Origin: an uncultured Candidatus Saccharibacteria bacterium
GTDB taxonomy: Bacteria > Patescibacteriota > WWE3 > UBA101185 > UBA10185
Direction of reading: 5' to 3'
Length of the DNA: 64,000 bases
Assembly (NCBI GenBank): GCA_964490125.1
Contig: CAZBAJ010000001.1
Span: 152,243-216,242 of the forward strand
Shown here: one piece after another, positions 25,894 to 35,079 of the stretch
How positions within the stretch are numbered: position 1 is the stretch's first letter
Layout: every line of letters starts with the position of its first letter
Translations under genes and position numbers: made by a program
The notes under the pieces: model-generated
The model's input: the letters and a program-made list of their open reading frames with translations, nothing else
Told to the model about the DNA's origin: nothing
Databases searched by the model: none

Positions 25894-27222
25894 ATGTTTT
25901 TAACTCTGATCCAAAAGCTATCTGAACGCATCGATCAGAAAGTGGTTTTAGCCGTCTACCTTTCTTGTTTTTTGGTATTTGGCGCGGTAGTAGTGTCAAG
26001 CGATTTTGCAAATCTTAACCAAATTTTTTTGCATCCGTTGGATAATTCTTGCAGCATTTTGGGGAGTAAGTCTGTTTTTAAAGATTATTTAGCAGAACAA
26101 AGGGTTTACGCCTTTTTACCTTACTGGAGCGTGGGTGACGGCGACCTAAATACGGAGAATCTTACCGACCTTTCCTATTTTGGACTTACGGTTGACGCTA
26201 AAGCGAGAATTGTAACAACGGACGGTCCGTATAAAAAATGGCGGGAGGACAAAAAGTTGGCAAACGCGCTTAATAAAGTTAAAAAAGCCGGTGGTCAGGT
26301 GTCGCTTACCTTAATTTGTCATGACGACGATGACATTGATGCCGTTTTAGCCTGTCCAACTTGTTGGGAAGATTTGGCTAAAGATGTCATAAAAGAGCTT
26401 GCGTGGGCAAAAATTAAAGATTTAAATGTGGATTTTGAGTATTCTGGCTACACTACGCAGGCAAACGCCCAAAAATACTCACAATTAGTGGGACTTCTTA
26501 ATACCAAATTGGACGAGGCTTTTGGCGATTCATTTGTTGTAGTTTCTGCCTACGCCGACTCTGCCGACAGGGCGAGTAGAATGGCCAAAGACCCTGCTCC
26601 AACGGATGCTAAAATTACCGATGCTGTCATAATGGACGATCCCAAAGATGACCAAGCCCAGTCCAATGTCAGACTTACAGATCCCAAAAGCCTTGCCCAA
26701 ACCGCGGACGCACTATTTATTATGGCTTACGATTTTCATAGACCTACTTCTAACAACGCGGGTCCGGTTTCACCGCTTGATGGGTCGTATACTACTACCA
26801 GATTAAACCTTACTAAAGCTCTAGAAAGCTATCTTAAAGTAGCGCCCGCCTCAAAACTTATCCTGGGGTTGCCGTTTTATGGCTACGACTGGTTGGTGGA
26901 AGACGCGACACCCAAGTCGCCAAGAGTAGAAGGTAGCGACATTCTAGGCTTTTCCAAGTCAAAAACTTACGCGGAAATTACGGATTTACTGGTTAAAAAG
27001 CAATTAAAACCGCAGTGGGACGAAATTTCAATAACTCCGTATGTTAATTATATTGACGAGGAAACAGGTAGCCAAAGGCAAATTTGGTACGACAACGAGA
27101 GATCGCTAGAACCTAAAATCCAACTTGCCACAAAAAATAACTTGCTGGGGGTTGGTGTGTGGGCGTTAGGTTTTGAGGGTGGTTACAGCGATATTTGGAA
27201 AGTCTTTAAACCCCGGATCTAA
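25894..27222 (+). CDS. GH18 family glycoside hydrolase
   Basis: LNVDFEY, MAYDFH, LGLPFYGYDW, GVGVWALG. Confidence 0.9.
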   Translation: MFLTLIQKLSERIDQKVVLAVYLSCFLVFGAVVVSSDFANLNQIFLHPLDNSCSILGSKSVFKDYLAEQRVYAFLPYWSVGDGDLNTENLTDLSYFGLTVDAKARIVTTDGPYKKWREDKKLANALNKVKKAGGQVSLTLICHDDDDIDAVLACPTCWEDLAKDVIKELAWAKIKDLNVDFEYSGYTTQANAQKYSQLVGLLNTKLDEAFGDSFVVVSAYADSADRASRMAKDPAPTDAKITDAVIMDDPKDDQAQSNVRLTDPKSLAQTADALFIMAYDFHRPTSNNAGPVSPLDGSYTTTRLNLTKALESYLKVAPASKLILGLPFYGYDWLVEDATPKSPRVEGSDILGFSKSKTYAEITDLLVKKQLKPQWDEISITPYVNYIDEETGSQRQIWYDNERSLEPKIQLATKNNLLGVGVWALGFEGGYSDIWKVFKPRI

Positions 27223-27910
27223 CATACCTAAATTTAATTTTTTCGGTCGACTTGTTACCTGCTTCATCGATAGCTTCAATGTTAATTTCTACCTCACCTT
27301 CCGTAACGCCCAGTAGCAACTCAAAGGTATTTTCAGGTCGTACGATAGCTAGTTTTTCGTTAATTCTAACCTCGCATTTTTTGTCTAAAGTTCCTTTTAC
27401 TAACACTCGTTGATTTAAGTTTCTAACCGTGGAACCGTCTTTAGGTTCTAAAACAGTAATTTTGGGCTTTGCTGTGTCGTAAGTAATCTCCAGCGTTTGC
27501 GATTTCTCGCTCTGATTTTGGTATGAGTCCTCCGCCTTGGCGTATATAGTGTTTTTGCCTTCAATTAACTGCAGACCGCCCAGTTCAAAAGTACCCGTGG
27601 CGTCTGCTACTGCCGACCCTGCCTCCGGTCCGTTAACATAAACCACTACCTTACTGCCGGGTTCGGAAAAGCCTTTTAAGCTAATTTGCGACTGATTAGT
27701 AGTTTTTGGACTATTATAGAAATACGGCGGGGGAGGAGCCAAAGTATCCTCTTTTTCCTTTGGTTTGCTTATTTTAGAAATTAGTCCAAAAAACGAGCCT
27801 ATGGTTGGGGCAAAAAATGCCAAACCTATAATAATAACGCCCAATATTATAACGGTAGCCAAGAGGGTCTTGTATAGCCTTTTTTTAACTTCTTCCTCGT
27901 GTTGTTGCAT
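27206..27910 (-). CDS. Membrane-anchored Ig-like domain protein
   Basis: TM then EPGSKV, EGKNTI, DEAGN beta-sandwich motifs. Confidence 0.75.
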   Translation of the reverse strand: MQQHEEEVKKRLYKTLLATVIILGVIIIGLAFFAPTIGSFFGLISKISKPKEKEDTLAPPPPYFYNSPKTTNQSQISLKGFSEPGSKVVVYVNGPEAGSAVADATGTFELGGLQLIEGKNTIYAKAEDSYQNQSEKSQTLEITYDTAKPKITVLEPKDGSTVRNLNQRVLVKGTLDKKCEVRINEKLAIVRPENTFELLLGVTEGEVEINIEAIDEAGNKSTEKIKFRYVRSGV

Positions 27911-27927
27911 AATTTAGTTTGATCGAC

Positions 27928-28818
27928 TTAAAGATTCAGATCCCGCATATACTTTTTTAGGTCGACTGCTAAATCCTCCCGTTCAAGGGCAAATCTTAGA
28001 GTAGTTTTAAGATAGGCTAGAGGATCGCCTGTGGTTAACCACTCGCCGTCAATAGGTTGAGCAATAATTAAGTCGCCCTGTTGCGCCAAATTATTATTCA
28101 TATCAGAAATCCAAAGCTCTCCACCCAACCCTGTTTGGAGTTTTTCTGCCTCTTCAATGTACTTATAAGTAAACACAAATCTTCCAAACTGTGCCATGTT
28201 AGAGGGATTTTTTCCTAAAGGCGCTTTTTCTATTAGTTCCTCAATTTCGTATTTATGGCGTCCATTTTCTTTGTACTTTACCGTGCCGTATTTATGAATT
28301 TCTTCGTCTGGGGTTTGTTGGACTGCCAACACACCTGCTGGCTGGTTTTCTTCAAAAACATCAATTAACTGTTTAGTTACTGGGGTTTTAGCTAGAGTCA
28401 TATCGTCACCAAACATATAGACAAAAGCCTCGTCATCATCTATTAGATTTTTGACAGCCAGTAGAGGGGTTCCGTTTCCATACGGCAAGTGCCTCTTCTG
28501 TCGCACATATACAAAGTTGGCAATTTGGGGAATCTCCCGCACCATTTCCAGCGATTTTTCCTTGCCATTTTGTTCCAACATATATTCCAGCGCTAAATTA
28601 TTGTCAAAATAGTCCTCCATAATGCTCTGACCGGATCTGGTTACCAAAATAATATCCGTAATGCCAGAAGCCACCGCTTCCTCCACCAAATATTGAATAA
28701 TAGGCTTGTCTATAATTGGCAACATTTCTTTAGGTTGGTTTTTGGTGGCGGGCAAAAAACGGGTTCCGTAACCAGCTGCAGCAATAACAGCTTTGGTAAT
28801 TTTCTTATGGTTTTTCAT
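27928..28818 (-). CDS. galU: UTP-glucose-1-phosphate uridylyltransferase
   Basis: AAGYGTRFLPATK-x-x-PKEMLP. Confidence 0.92.
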   Translation of the reverse strand: MKNHKKITKAVIAAAGYGTRFLPATKNQPKEMLPIIDKPIIQYLVEEAVASGITDIILVTRSGQSIMEDYFDNNLALEYMLEQNGKEKSLEMVREIPQIANFVYVRQKRHLPYGNGTPLLAVKNLIDDDEAFVYMFGDDMTLAKTPVTKQLIDVFEENQPAGVLAVQQTPDEEIHKYGTVKYKENGRHKYEIEELIEKAPLGKNPSNMAQFGRFVFTYKYIEEAEKLQTGLGGELWISDMNNNLAQQGDLIIAQPIDGEWLTTGDPLAYLKTTLRFALEREDLAVDLKKYMRDLNL

Positions 28819-28876
28819 CTTGCGTTCTCCTTCTGCCTTTTAGGCAAATAATGGTGGACTATTCGTTTGTGACGAA

Positions 28877-28952
28877 TGGAGCCAGAGGTGGGAATCGAAC
28901 CCACGACCTTTCCCTTACGAAGGGATTGCTCTACCAACTGAGCTACTCTGGC
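28877..28952 (-). tRNA. tRNA-Thr(CGT)
   Basis: GCCAGAG/CTCTGGC acceptor, loop TTCGTAA, GGTTCGATTCC, CCA. Confidence 0.95.
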
Positions 28953-29003
28953 ATTTAGTCTACACCCGTGGGTTCTATTTTAACAAATTTTTGCGACACG
29001 ATT

Positions 29004-29540
29004 TTATGGCGTATTGACGAATGGATGAATTTCGGCCTTTGTTAGCAAACGAGACGAGGAGCAACGATTCATCATTGCGATGCTTGGCTTATGAGCAAAA
29101 CCCACATACTCCACGGTTTTACCTTTGGATACAACTTTTTTGATTGCAGGCGTCAGATCGGTATCAGATGAGACCAAGATGATTCGATCACATAGATTTT
29201 CATAACATGCCTCTAGCATGTCTACGGCTAATTGAACATCCACGCCTTTTTCGTGAAAAGCGTTGTTAGATTTAAGAAGAAAGCCGAGTTTATATCTGAA
29301 CCCATCCGACCTAAGTCTGGCTAGGAGTTTTTGCTGGTCGGCGTGTAGCCGGTTTACTTTCGCCGATCCATCTTGTTTTACAGCCCCAACATAATAAACC
29401 GATTTTTGTAGATTACCGTTTCCTGTTAGAAAGTTGGCAAAAGCTTTAAAATCGAAGTCGACAAGATTGTGGTAACCGATATCTTTCAGCTTAAAATAAA
29501 AGTTACTTCCGTCTATTAGAATGACGCACCTCTCAGGCAT
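29004..29540 (-). CDS. NYN (PIN-fold) domain protein
   Basis: IDGSN, EKGVDV, SSDTDL, GKTVEY; start placed at MPERC. Confidence 0.92.
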   Translation of the reverse strand: MPERCVILIDGSNFYFKLKDIGYHNLVDFDFKAFANFLTGNGNLQKSVYYVGAVKQDGSAKVNRLHADQQKLLARLRSDGFRYKLGFLLKSNNAFHEKGVDVQLAVDMLEACYENLCDRIILVSSDTDLTPAIKKVVSKGKTVEYVGFAHKPSIAMMNRCSSSRLLTKAEIHPFVNTP

Positions 29541-29564
29541 TTTATTTTTTGGGGCAAAAATTTT

Positions 29565-29638
29565 CCCCTGCAAACAGCTCGCGCTCTCGCAGGGGGGTTA
29601 AGTGTTAGTAATATATCATAATGGGACTAAAAATGCAA
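29565..29638 (-). promoter_or_regulatory. Promoter plus leader hairpin of the NYN gene
   Basis: TTGCAT, 17 bp, TATATT; then CCCCTGC...GCAGGGG hairpin (29565-29595). Confidence 0.6.
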
Positions 29639-29648
29639 GCAACACCAA

Positions 29649-30323
29649 TCAGTATTTTCTGCTTGTTAGTTTAAAGCTACCGTCGTCGTCAATTTCCATG
29701 TAGTTAGCCCAGCCAAAGTTAAAAAAGCCAATATCCAAAAAGTTTGACTTGGTGTCTATATACGGGCGATGCGTGTGACCGCAAACCAAAATCTCTCCCG
29801 GCTCGCCAATTGCGGATCTCTCTTGAAGTGGGATGTGATTTATAAAAGCGGGCAAAACTTTAGGTCCAAAAAGTCCAAAGCCCACTTGTTGGACTAAATT
29901 AGCTACCCACAGTCTGGTTTTGCGCCAGGCAGTGCCGGCTTGATTTTTGTGTTCTAACAGACATTTTTCTGTATGTTTTGGGAACAAAAATTCGTGACCG
30001 TGTCTAAATAAATACCTGTGCGACGGGGTTTCCAGGACATATTCATCAACGGCTTTAGTGCAAAAGCGCAAAACTCGGTCGTCCGAATACATTTTATGAT
30101 CGTGGTTGCCGTATACATAAACAGCGTCTTTTTGTTTTAACAAAGGGAAAAGTTTATTCCAACCCGACTCCAAAAAGTCGTCAAAAGAAATTGCCAAACC
30201 CTCCCAAAAATCGCCGTTAATAATAACTCTGTCCGACTTGGAAATAAGCGCGGATAGGGCGTTAAACAGCTTTTTATTAAATTTGGTGGACAAATGCGTG
30301 TCCGAGAAAACCAGGGTCTGCAT
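29649..30323 (-). CDS. Calcineurin-like metallophosphoesterase
   Basis: SDTH, NGD, GNHD, HGH, GHTH; start at MQTLVF. Confidence 0.9.
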   Translation of the reverse strand: MQTLVFSDTHLSTKFNKKLFNALSALISKSDRVIINGDFWEGLAISFDDFLESGWNKLFPLLKQKDAVYVYGNHDHKMYSDDRVLRFCTKAVDEYVLETPSHRYLFRHGHEFLFPKHTEKCLLEHKNQAGTAWRKTRLWVANLVQQVGFGLFGPKVLPAFINHIPLQERSAIGEPGEILVCGHTHRPYIDTKSNFLDIGFFNFGWANYMEIDDDGSFKLTSRKY

Positions 30324-30396
30324 AAGTAGTAATTTTAGCAAGTTTTTGAACCGCTTGCTTTGAGTTGCTTTGAGCGTGGTATGGAGAGATTGGTTT

Positions 30397-31287
30397 TTAC
30401 TCAATAAAGCCGTTTGGGTCCTTTTGCACATCGCGGTGTAAAAGATCAGGAATACAGATTTTCTTTGCAGTATCAGGACAGACGTTTTCGCCATTAACAC
30501 ATTGGTATCTACAAGTATGAGCAATGCCACAGTCGCTGTTTGTATCGCATTTTTTTACGCAGGTATTGGGTCCTTGGTTACTGTGGTCTCCTTTTAGCAC
30601 ACATATTGAATCTGACGCGCAGTCGTAGTTTGTATTACAGGGATTGAGAGGATACTCCGGCAATTTGACTTTAAAATATTCTGCTGCTTTTGTAATAACA
30701 CCCTTGGTTGAAAAGCGATTGTTGGCAAAACACATAGTAGCCTTAATATTTTCAGGCACTTTCTTTTCGGCGTCTTTTACCCAGTCTTGAGTTATTGGCT
30801 CTTCGGGACTAACCGTTCTTTTGTCTGCATCGGTAACTAGCCATTTATTGTTTTTATATTCCATCTTGAACAATGGAAACCCACCCCCACCACTTTCTCC
30901 TCTTAAATCCCCGTCGATCAACAAAACGCTACCACAATTATTAAGAGCGTAAACTATTTTTTCTCCGTCATTTAAAGGCTGTTCCCATAAAATCTCTACC
31001 GCACAAAAAAACTTGCTACCTGGCGATCTAAAATACGCATCTTTTTCTTTGGTGAGTAAGTATTGCTCAATAGCCAACTCCTCTGATTCTTTGTTTGACG
31101 GGATAACTGTTTTACTAATATTATTAGCTTTAGATAAATTAAATACAATTAGTATGACAACTATAAGTAAAAACCCCATTAAAACAACAACCGCACTCGA
31201 TCTTCCTGGCTGTATGGGAAATCCTTCAAACAGCTTTCCGATAACTTTGTTTGGCGAATCTGCATTCGTAAAGGGTAGGGTTTCCAT
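30397..31287 (-). CDS. Membrane-anchored protein with C-terminal Cys-rich repeats
   Basis: One TM; CNTNYDC and CDTNSDC repeats. Confidence 0.7.
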   Translation of the reverse strand: METLPFTNADSPNKVIGKLFEGFPIQPGRSSAVVVLMGFLLIVVILIVFNLSKANNISKTVIPSNKESEELAIEQYLLTKEKDAYFRSPGSKFFCAVEILWEQPLNDGEKIVYALNNCGSVLLIDGDLRGESGGGGFPLFKMEYKNNKWLVTDADKRTVSPEEPITQDWVKDAEKKVPENIKATMCFANNRFSTKGVITKAAEYFKVKLPEYPLNPCNTNYDCASDSICVLKGDHSNQGPNTCVKKCDTNSDCGIAHTCRYQCVNGENVCPDTAKKICIPDLLHRDVQKDPNGFIE

Positions 31288-31323
31288 AAGTGGTAATTTT
31301 AGCAAGTTTTTAGGTTTTCCGCT

Positions 31324-31398
31324 TGGAGCGAGAGACGGGGATCGAACCCGCGACCTTCTCCTTGGGAAGGAGACATTCTACCACTGAACTACTCTCGC
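31324..31398 (-). tRNA. tRNA-Gly(CCC)
   Basis: GCGAGAG/CTCTCGC acceptor, TCTCC-TTCCCAA-GGAGA, GGTTCGATCCC, CCA. Confidence 0.95.
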
Positions 31399-31514
31399 AA
31401 TATGTCGTTCTAAAATACGAGCCTTTACTAAAAAAGCAACCTAATTATACAGCAATTATTCAGAATAATTTTATGGGTATTGACAAACTAATACTCTTAA
31501 TGCAACATAAGATC

Positions 31515-31916
31515 ATGTCTGATGAAATTGCATCTATTACAGTTAATGAAGCGGATATGGAACTAGAGGAAGCTCAGAGGGACGAGCGTGTCGGAACTTT
31601 AACATCGGATGTATTCCATCTGGCTACGAGTTGTCTAGTAGAAGGCGGTAAAGTCACGGAGAGTTCTTTAGATAGGGTTAGCGATATTTGTTTTGATGCG
31701 GTAATAAAGGGAGCAAATTCTGATGAGGCATTAGCACTTGCGGAGTATCGTAGATGGATGGGAGGTCTTCTGGCTTCCGACTTAGGTGTCGAGGCCGTTA
31801 AAAACTGTGGCAAACAGGGTGTAATGACTGCGTTAAATAATCCTGAATTTCTCCCGGTGTATGCAAGACGCCATGGATTAATCGCAGTAGAGGAAATCGC
31901 AACCCGTGCATTGTAG
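31515..31916 (+). CDS. Hypothetical acidic protein
   Basis: Open frame downstream of TTGACA; start placed at MSDEI. Confidence 0.55.
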   Translation: MSDEIASITVNEADMELEEAQRDERVGTLTSDVFHLATSCLVEGGKVTESSLDRVSDICFDAVIKGANSDEALALAEYRRWMGGLLASDLGVEAVKNCGKQGVMTALNNPEFLPVYARRHGLIAVEEIATRAL

Positions 31917-31939
31917 TGGACCCTTTCTTTGCTGTTAAA

Positions 31940-32383
31940 TTAAGGTATCTGTAGTATCTGACCAGGGAAAATTAGCGCTTGGGAGCCGTTTGGTAAAAAG
32001 CCTACATCATCCGTGTTTGCCTGGAGAATGTTGACCCATAGAGATCCGTCACCATACACGCCCTCCGCAATTTCCCACAAAGTGTCGCCGGATTTAACCG
32101 TGTACGGTTTTTCAGTAATGTCGCCTTTTACATAGTCATTAGCAACCCAGGTAGTGGGTGTGCTAACAGTACTATCGGTTGAATCTGTTGATTCGCCGGC
32201 AACATCCTTGTCCGACTCATAGTCGCCCAAATTTTCCGTAAATGCAGAACTAGTGTCCGGTAGATTTTCAAACGATTTATCCGAATTTTTAGTTAGGTAA
32301 AATTTAACCTGATCAAAAGTCCAATAAGAAAATAGCGCCACAAAAACTAACGCAAGGAACGCTAAAGCTTTATTATTTTTCAT
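31940..32383 (-). CDS. LysM domain protein
   Basis: YTVKSGDTLWEIAE, IFPGQILQIP; N-terminal TM. Confidence 0.9.
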   Translation of the reverse strand: MKNNKALAFLALVFVALFSYWTFDQVKFYLTKNSDKSFENLPDTSSAFTENLGDYESDKDVAGESTDSTDSTVSTPTTWVANDYVKGDITEKPYTVKSGDTLWEIAEGVYGDGSLWVNILQANTDDVGFLPNGSQALIFPGQILQIP

Positions 32384-32430
32384 ACCAACCTTTCTGGGGC
32401 GTGTTTACAAAATTTTGGCAGTACGACATT

Positions 32431-32507
32431 TGGCGGGACCGGCCGGTCTCGAACCGGTGACCTCTTCCGTGACAGGGAAGCGCTCTAACCAACTGAGCTA
32501 CGGCCCC
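32431..32507 (-). tRNA. tRNA-Asp(GTC)
   Basis: CTTCC-CTGTCAC-GGAAG anticodon arm, GGTTCGAGACC, CCA. Confidence 0.95.
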
Positions 32508-32567
32508 AAGTGTGGTTAGAATTTAGCAGAATGGGTGGATTTAGTCAATAAAAATTGTTAGTATAAT

Positions 32568-34343
32568 GTGGTGCAACTAAAACCCCAAACAGAGTTTAGA
32601 TTTACCAACAAAGAAATAGCGCGTTTTCTTAAGGAAGCTCTAGCAGCAATGGAAATTAAGGGCGCTAATGTGTTTAAAATCCGCGCGTATCAAAATGCTA
32701 TTATGTCCATTGAGTCTATTACAAATAGCGTGTACGACTTGTGGCAGAATAACCAGCTTGACCAAATTATTGGCATGGGCGTCGCCCTAAAAAGTCACAT
32801 TAACGAGCTTTTTACTGCGGGCGAGGTAGGGGAGTTTAAGGCGTTAAAAAAGGATTTACCGGCTGGCATGTTTGCGCTTATTGGAATTAAGGGCGTAGGA
32901 GCAAAAACCGCGTTTAAGTTGGCTACGGCTTTTAAGTTGGATAACGGGGAGACGGCGGTGGAAAAGGTTAAGGAAGCTGCGCTGGCAGGAAAAATTAGGA
33001 TGCTTGACGGTTTTGCGGAGAAAAAGGAGGCAGACATTTTAAAGGCAATTGATCAAGAGACTATGAATAAAAATGTTATGCCTAGGTTGCTACTGCCTCA
33101 AGCGGAGGAAATTGCGGGTAGAGTGTTGGAGTATCTTAAAGCATGTCCGCAGGTTTTAGAGGCGGAAGCTTTAGGATCGTTGCGTAGGAAAGCCTCAACG
33201 GTAGGGGATTTGGACATTGCTGTGGCTACCAAGGCGCCGGAAGCGGTTATTAAGCACTTTTTGGCTTTTAACGAGGTTGACCGGGTAACTGGTGAAGGTG
33301 ACAAAAAAGCCTCTGTTAGGCTAAAAAATGGGGTACAGGTGGATGTTAGAACCAGCGACCCCGCAAGTTTTGGCTCTATGAAGCAGTATTTTACGGGTTC
33401 TAAACAGCATAATGTGTTACTTAGATCTTTTGCTTTAGGTAAAGGACTTTCGCTTTCGGAATACGGAATTAAGGTTGGTGGAAAGTTACAGCCCGTTGCC
33501 AAAGAAGAAGACTTTTACAAAAAAGTGGGACTTACTTGGATACCGCCGGAATTGCGTCAGGGTAAAGAGGAGGTGGAATTAGCTTCTCAAAACAAATTGC
33601 CTGTTTTAATTAATCTGTCCGACATTATGGGCGATATTCATGTTCACACTACCGCGTCCGACGGAGTTAATACCTTACCGGAAATGGTAGAGGGTGCAAT
33701 AAAGCTGGGTTATAAGTACATTGGAATTTCCGACCATTCACCTAGTCTGCAAACCAGAGGTAAGTACGAGGTTTTAGGTATTATTGAGAGCCTAAGAAAT
33801 ACTATTGAGCAAATAAATAGTTCACAAAAAGACATACGAGTACTTTTTGGGTACGAAGTTAATATTTTGGTTGATGGAAAGATGTCTTTGTCCGACGATG
33901 TGTTGGAAAAGTTGGACTATGTGGTGGCGTCGGTCCACACCTCGTTTGACCAGTCCAGAGAAGTTGCTACAGAAAGAATGCTTTGCGCTATAAGGAATCC
34001 TCTAGTGACAGTTATAGGACATCCTACAGGTCGGTTGATAAATGAAAGAGAGCCGCTAGACCTAGACTGGGATAGAATTTTTGACGCTTGTTTAGAGTTC
34101 GACAAAATTCTGGAGATAAATTCCCAACCCAACCGCCTAGATTTGCCCGAAGATTTAGTTTACACCGCGCAAAAAAAAGGTCTTAAGTTTATAATCAGCA
34201 GTGACGCGCACTCTGTAGACAGTCTTACTTACATGTCGTACGGCATAAATACGGCTAGGCGTGGTTGGCTTACTAAAAAGTCTGTAATAAATACCTTGTC
34301 GACCGAAGACTTGCTTAAAAAATTTGTGCGGTATAATAAATAA
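32568..34343 (+). CDS. polX: DNA polymerase X with PHP domain
   Basis: GSLRR, GDLD, YFTGSK-x-HN, DIHVHT, SDH, SSDAH. Confidence 0.95.
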   Translation: MVQLKPQTEFRFTNKEIARFLKEALAAMEIKGANVFKIRAYQNAIMSIESITNSVYDLWQNNQLDQIIGMGVALKSHINELFTAGEVGEFKALKKDLPAGMFALIGIKGVGAKTAFKLATAFKLDNGETAVEKVKEAALAGKIRMLDGFAEKKEADILKAIDQETMNKNVMPRLLLPQAEEIAGRVLEYLKACPQVLEAEALGSLRRKASTVGDLDIAVATKAPEAVIKHFLAFNEVDRVTGEGDKKASVRLKNGVQVDVRTSDPASFGSMKQYFTGSKQHNVLLRSFALGKGLSLSEYGIKVGGKLQPVAKEEDFYKKVGLTWIPPELRQGKEEVELASQNKLPVLINLSDIMGDIHVHTTASDGVNTLPEMVEGAIKLGYKYIGISDHSPSLQTRGKYEVLGIIESLRNTIEQINSSQKDIRVLFGYEVNILVDGKMSLSDDVLEKLDYVVASVHTSFDQSREVATERMLCAIRNPLVTVIGHPTGRLINEREPLDLDWDRIFDACLEFDKILEINSQPNRLDLPEDLVYTAQKKGLKFIISSDAHSVDSLTYMSYGINTARRGWLTKKSVINTLSTEDLLKKFVRYNK

Positions 34344-34368
34344 AATTTGTGTTTGCAAAGGAGGAAAC

Positions 34369-34920
34369 ATGGTACCAACATTACTTCTTATTGCTCTGCC
34401 GGTTTTGGCAGTAGTGTATTTAATTGGGATTTACAATTCCCTGGCGTCCTTGCGGGTAAAAGTTAAAGAGGCTTGGAGCGGAATTGATGTCCAGTTAAAG
34501 CGACGAATTGATTTGATCCCAAATTTGGTGGAGACGGTTAAGGCTTATGCCAAGCATGAGAAAGAGGTTTTTGACTCGGTTACGCAGGCGCGGTCAGCTC
34601 TTATGAACGCGGGTTCGCATAAAGACGCTTTGCAGGCGGACGGTCAGCTCACGGGTGCATTAAAATCTCTTTTTGCTGTGGCGGAGGCTTACCCGGAATT
34701 AAAAGCGCAGGAAGGTTTTATCAAGTTGCAGGGCGAGCTTAGCGACACAGAAAGCAAAATTGCCTATTCCCGTCAGTTTTATAACAGCGTTGTGCGGGAA
34801 ATGAATTCCAGAATTGTAACTTTCCCAGGCAATGTTTTTGCTAATATGTTTGGGTTTAAGCAGGAAGACTTTTTTGAAGCGCAGGAGGGCGAGCGGGAAG
34901 CAGTAAAAGTTTCCTTTTAG
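34369..34920 (+). CDS. lemA: LemA family protein
   Basis: IDVQLKRR-x-DLIPNL, AEAYPELKA, RQFYN; SD AAGGAGG. Confidence 0.96.
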   Translation: MVPTLLLIALPVLAVVYLIGIYNSLASLRVKVKEAWSGIDVQLKRRIDLIPNLVETVKAYAKHEKEVFDSVTQARSALMNAGSHKDALQADGQLTGALKSLFAVAEAYPELKAQEGFIKLQGELSDTESKIAYSRQFYNSVVREMNSRIVTFPGNVFANMFGFKQEDFFEAQEGEREAVKVSF

Positions 34921-34995
34921 TTGAAGTTGAAGCATTGTTAGGAGGGATTTGTGCCATTTGAGGAGTCGGGTGGGTTTAGAACATCGTAAGAGCGA

Positions 34996-35062
34996 GAAAA
35001 TTTGCGGAATTCGAAGGATGGGCGCGAAGCAGGGACCCATCCTAAGAAGGACGCAAATTTTC
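34996..35062. repeat. Long interrupted inverted repeat between lemA and htpX
   Basis: GAAAATTTGCG/CGCAAATTTTC outer and AGGATGGG/CCCATCCT inner arms. Confidence 0.7.
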
Positions 35063-35079
35063 GAGTAAAAGGATAAAAC

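Noticed and set aside
31323-31514. N-terminal extension of ORF 31323-31916 (MERETGIEPATF)
   Set aside because: It is the antisense reading of tRNA-Gly
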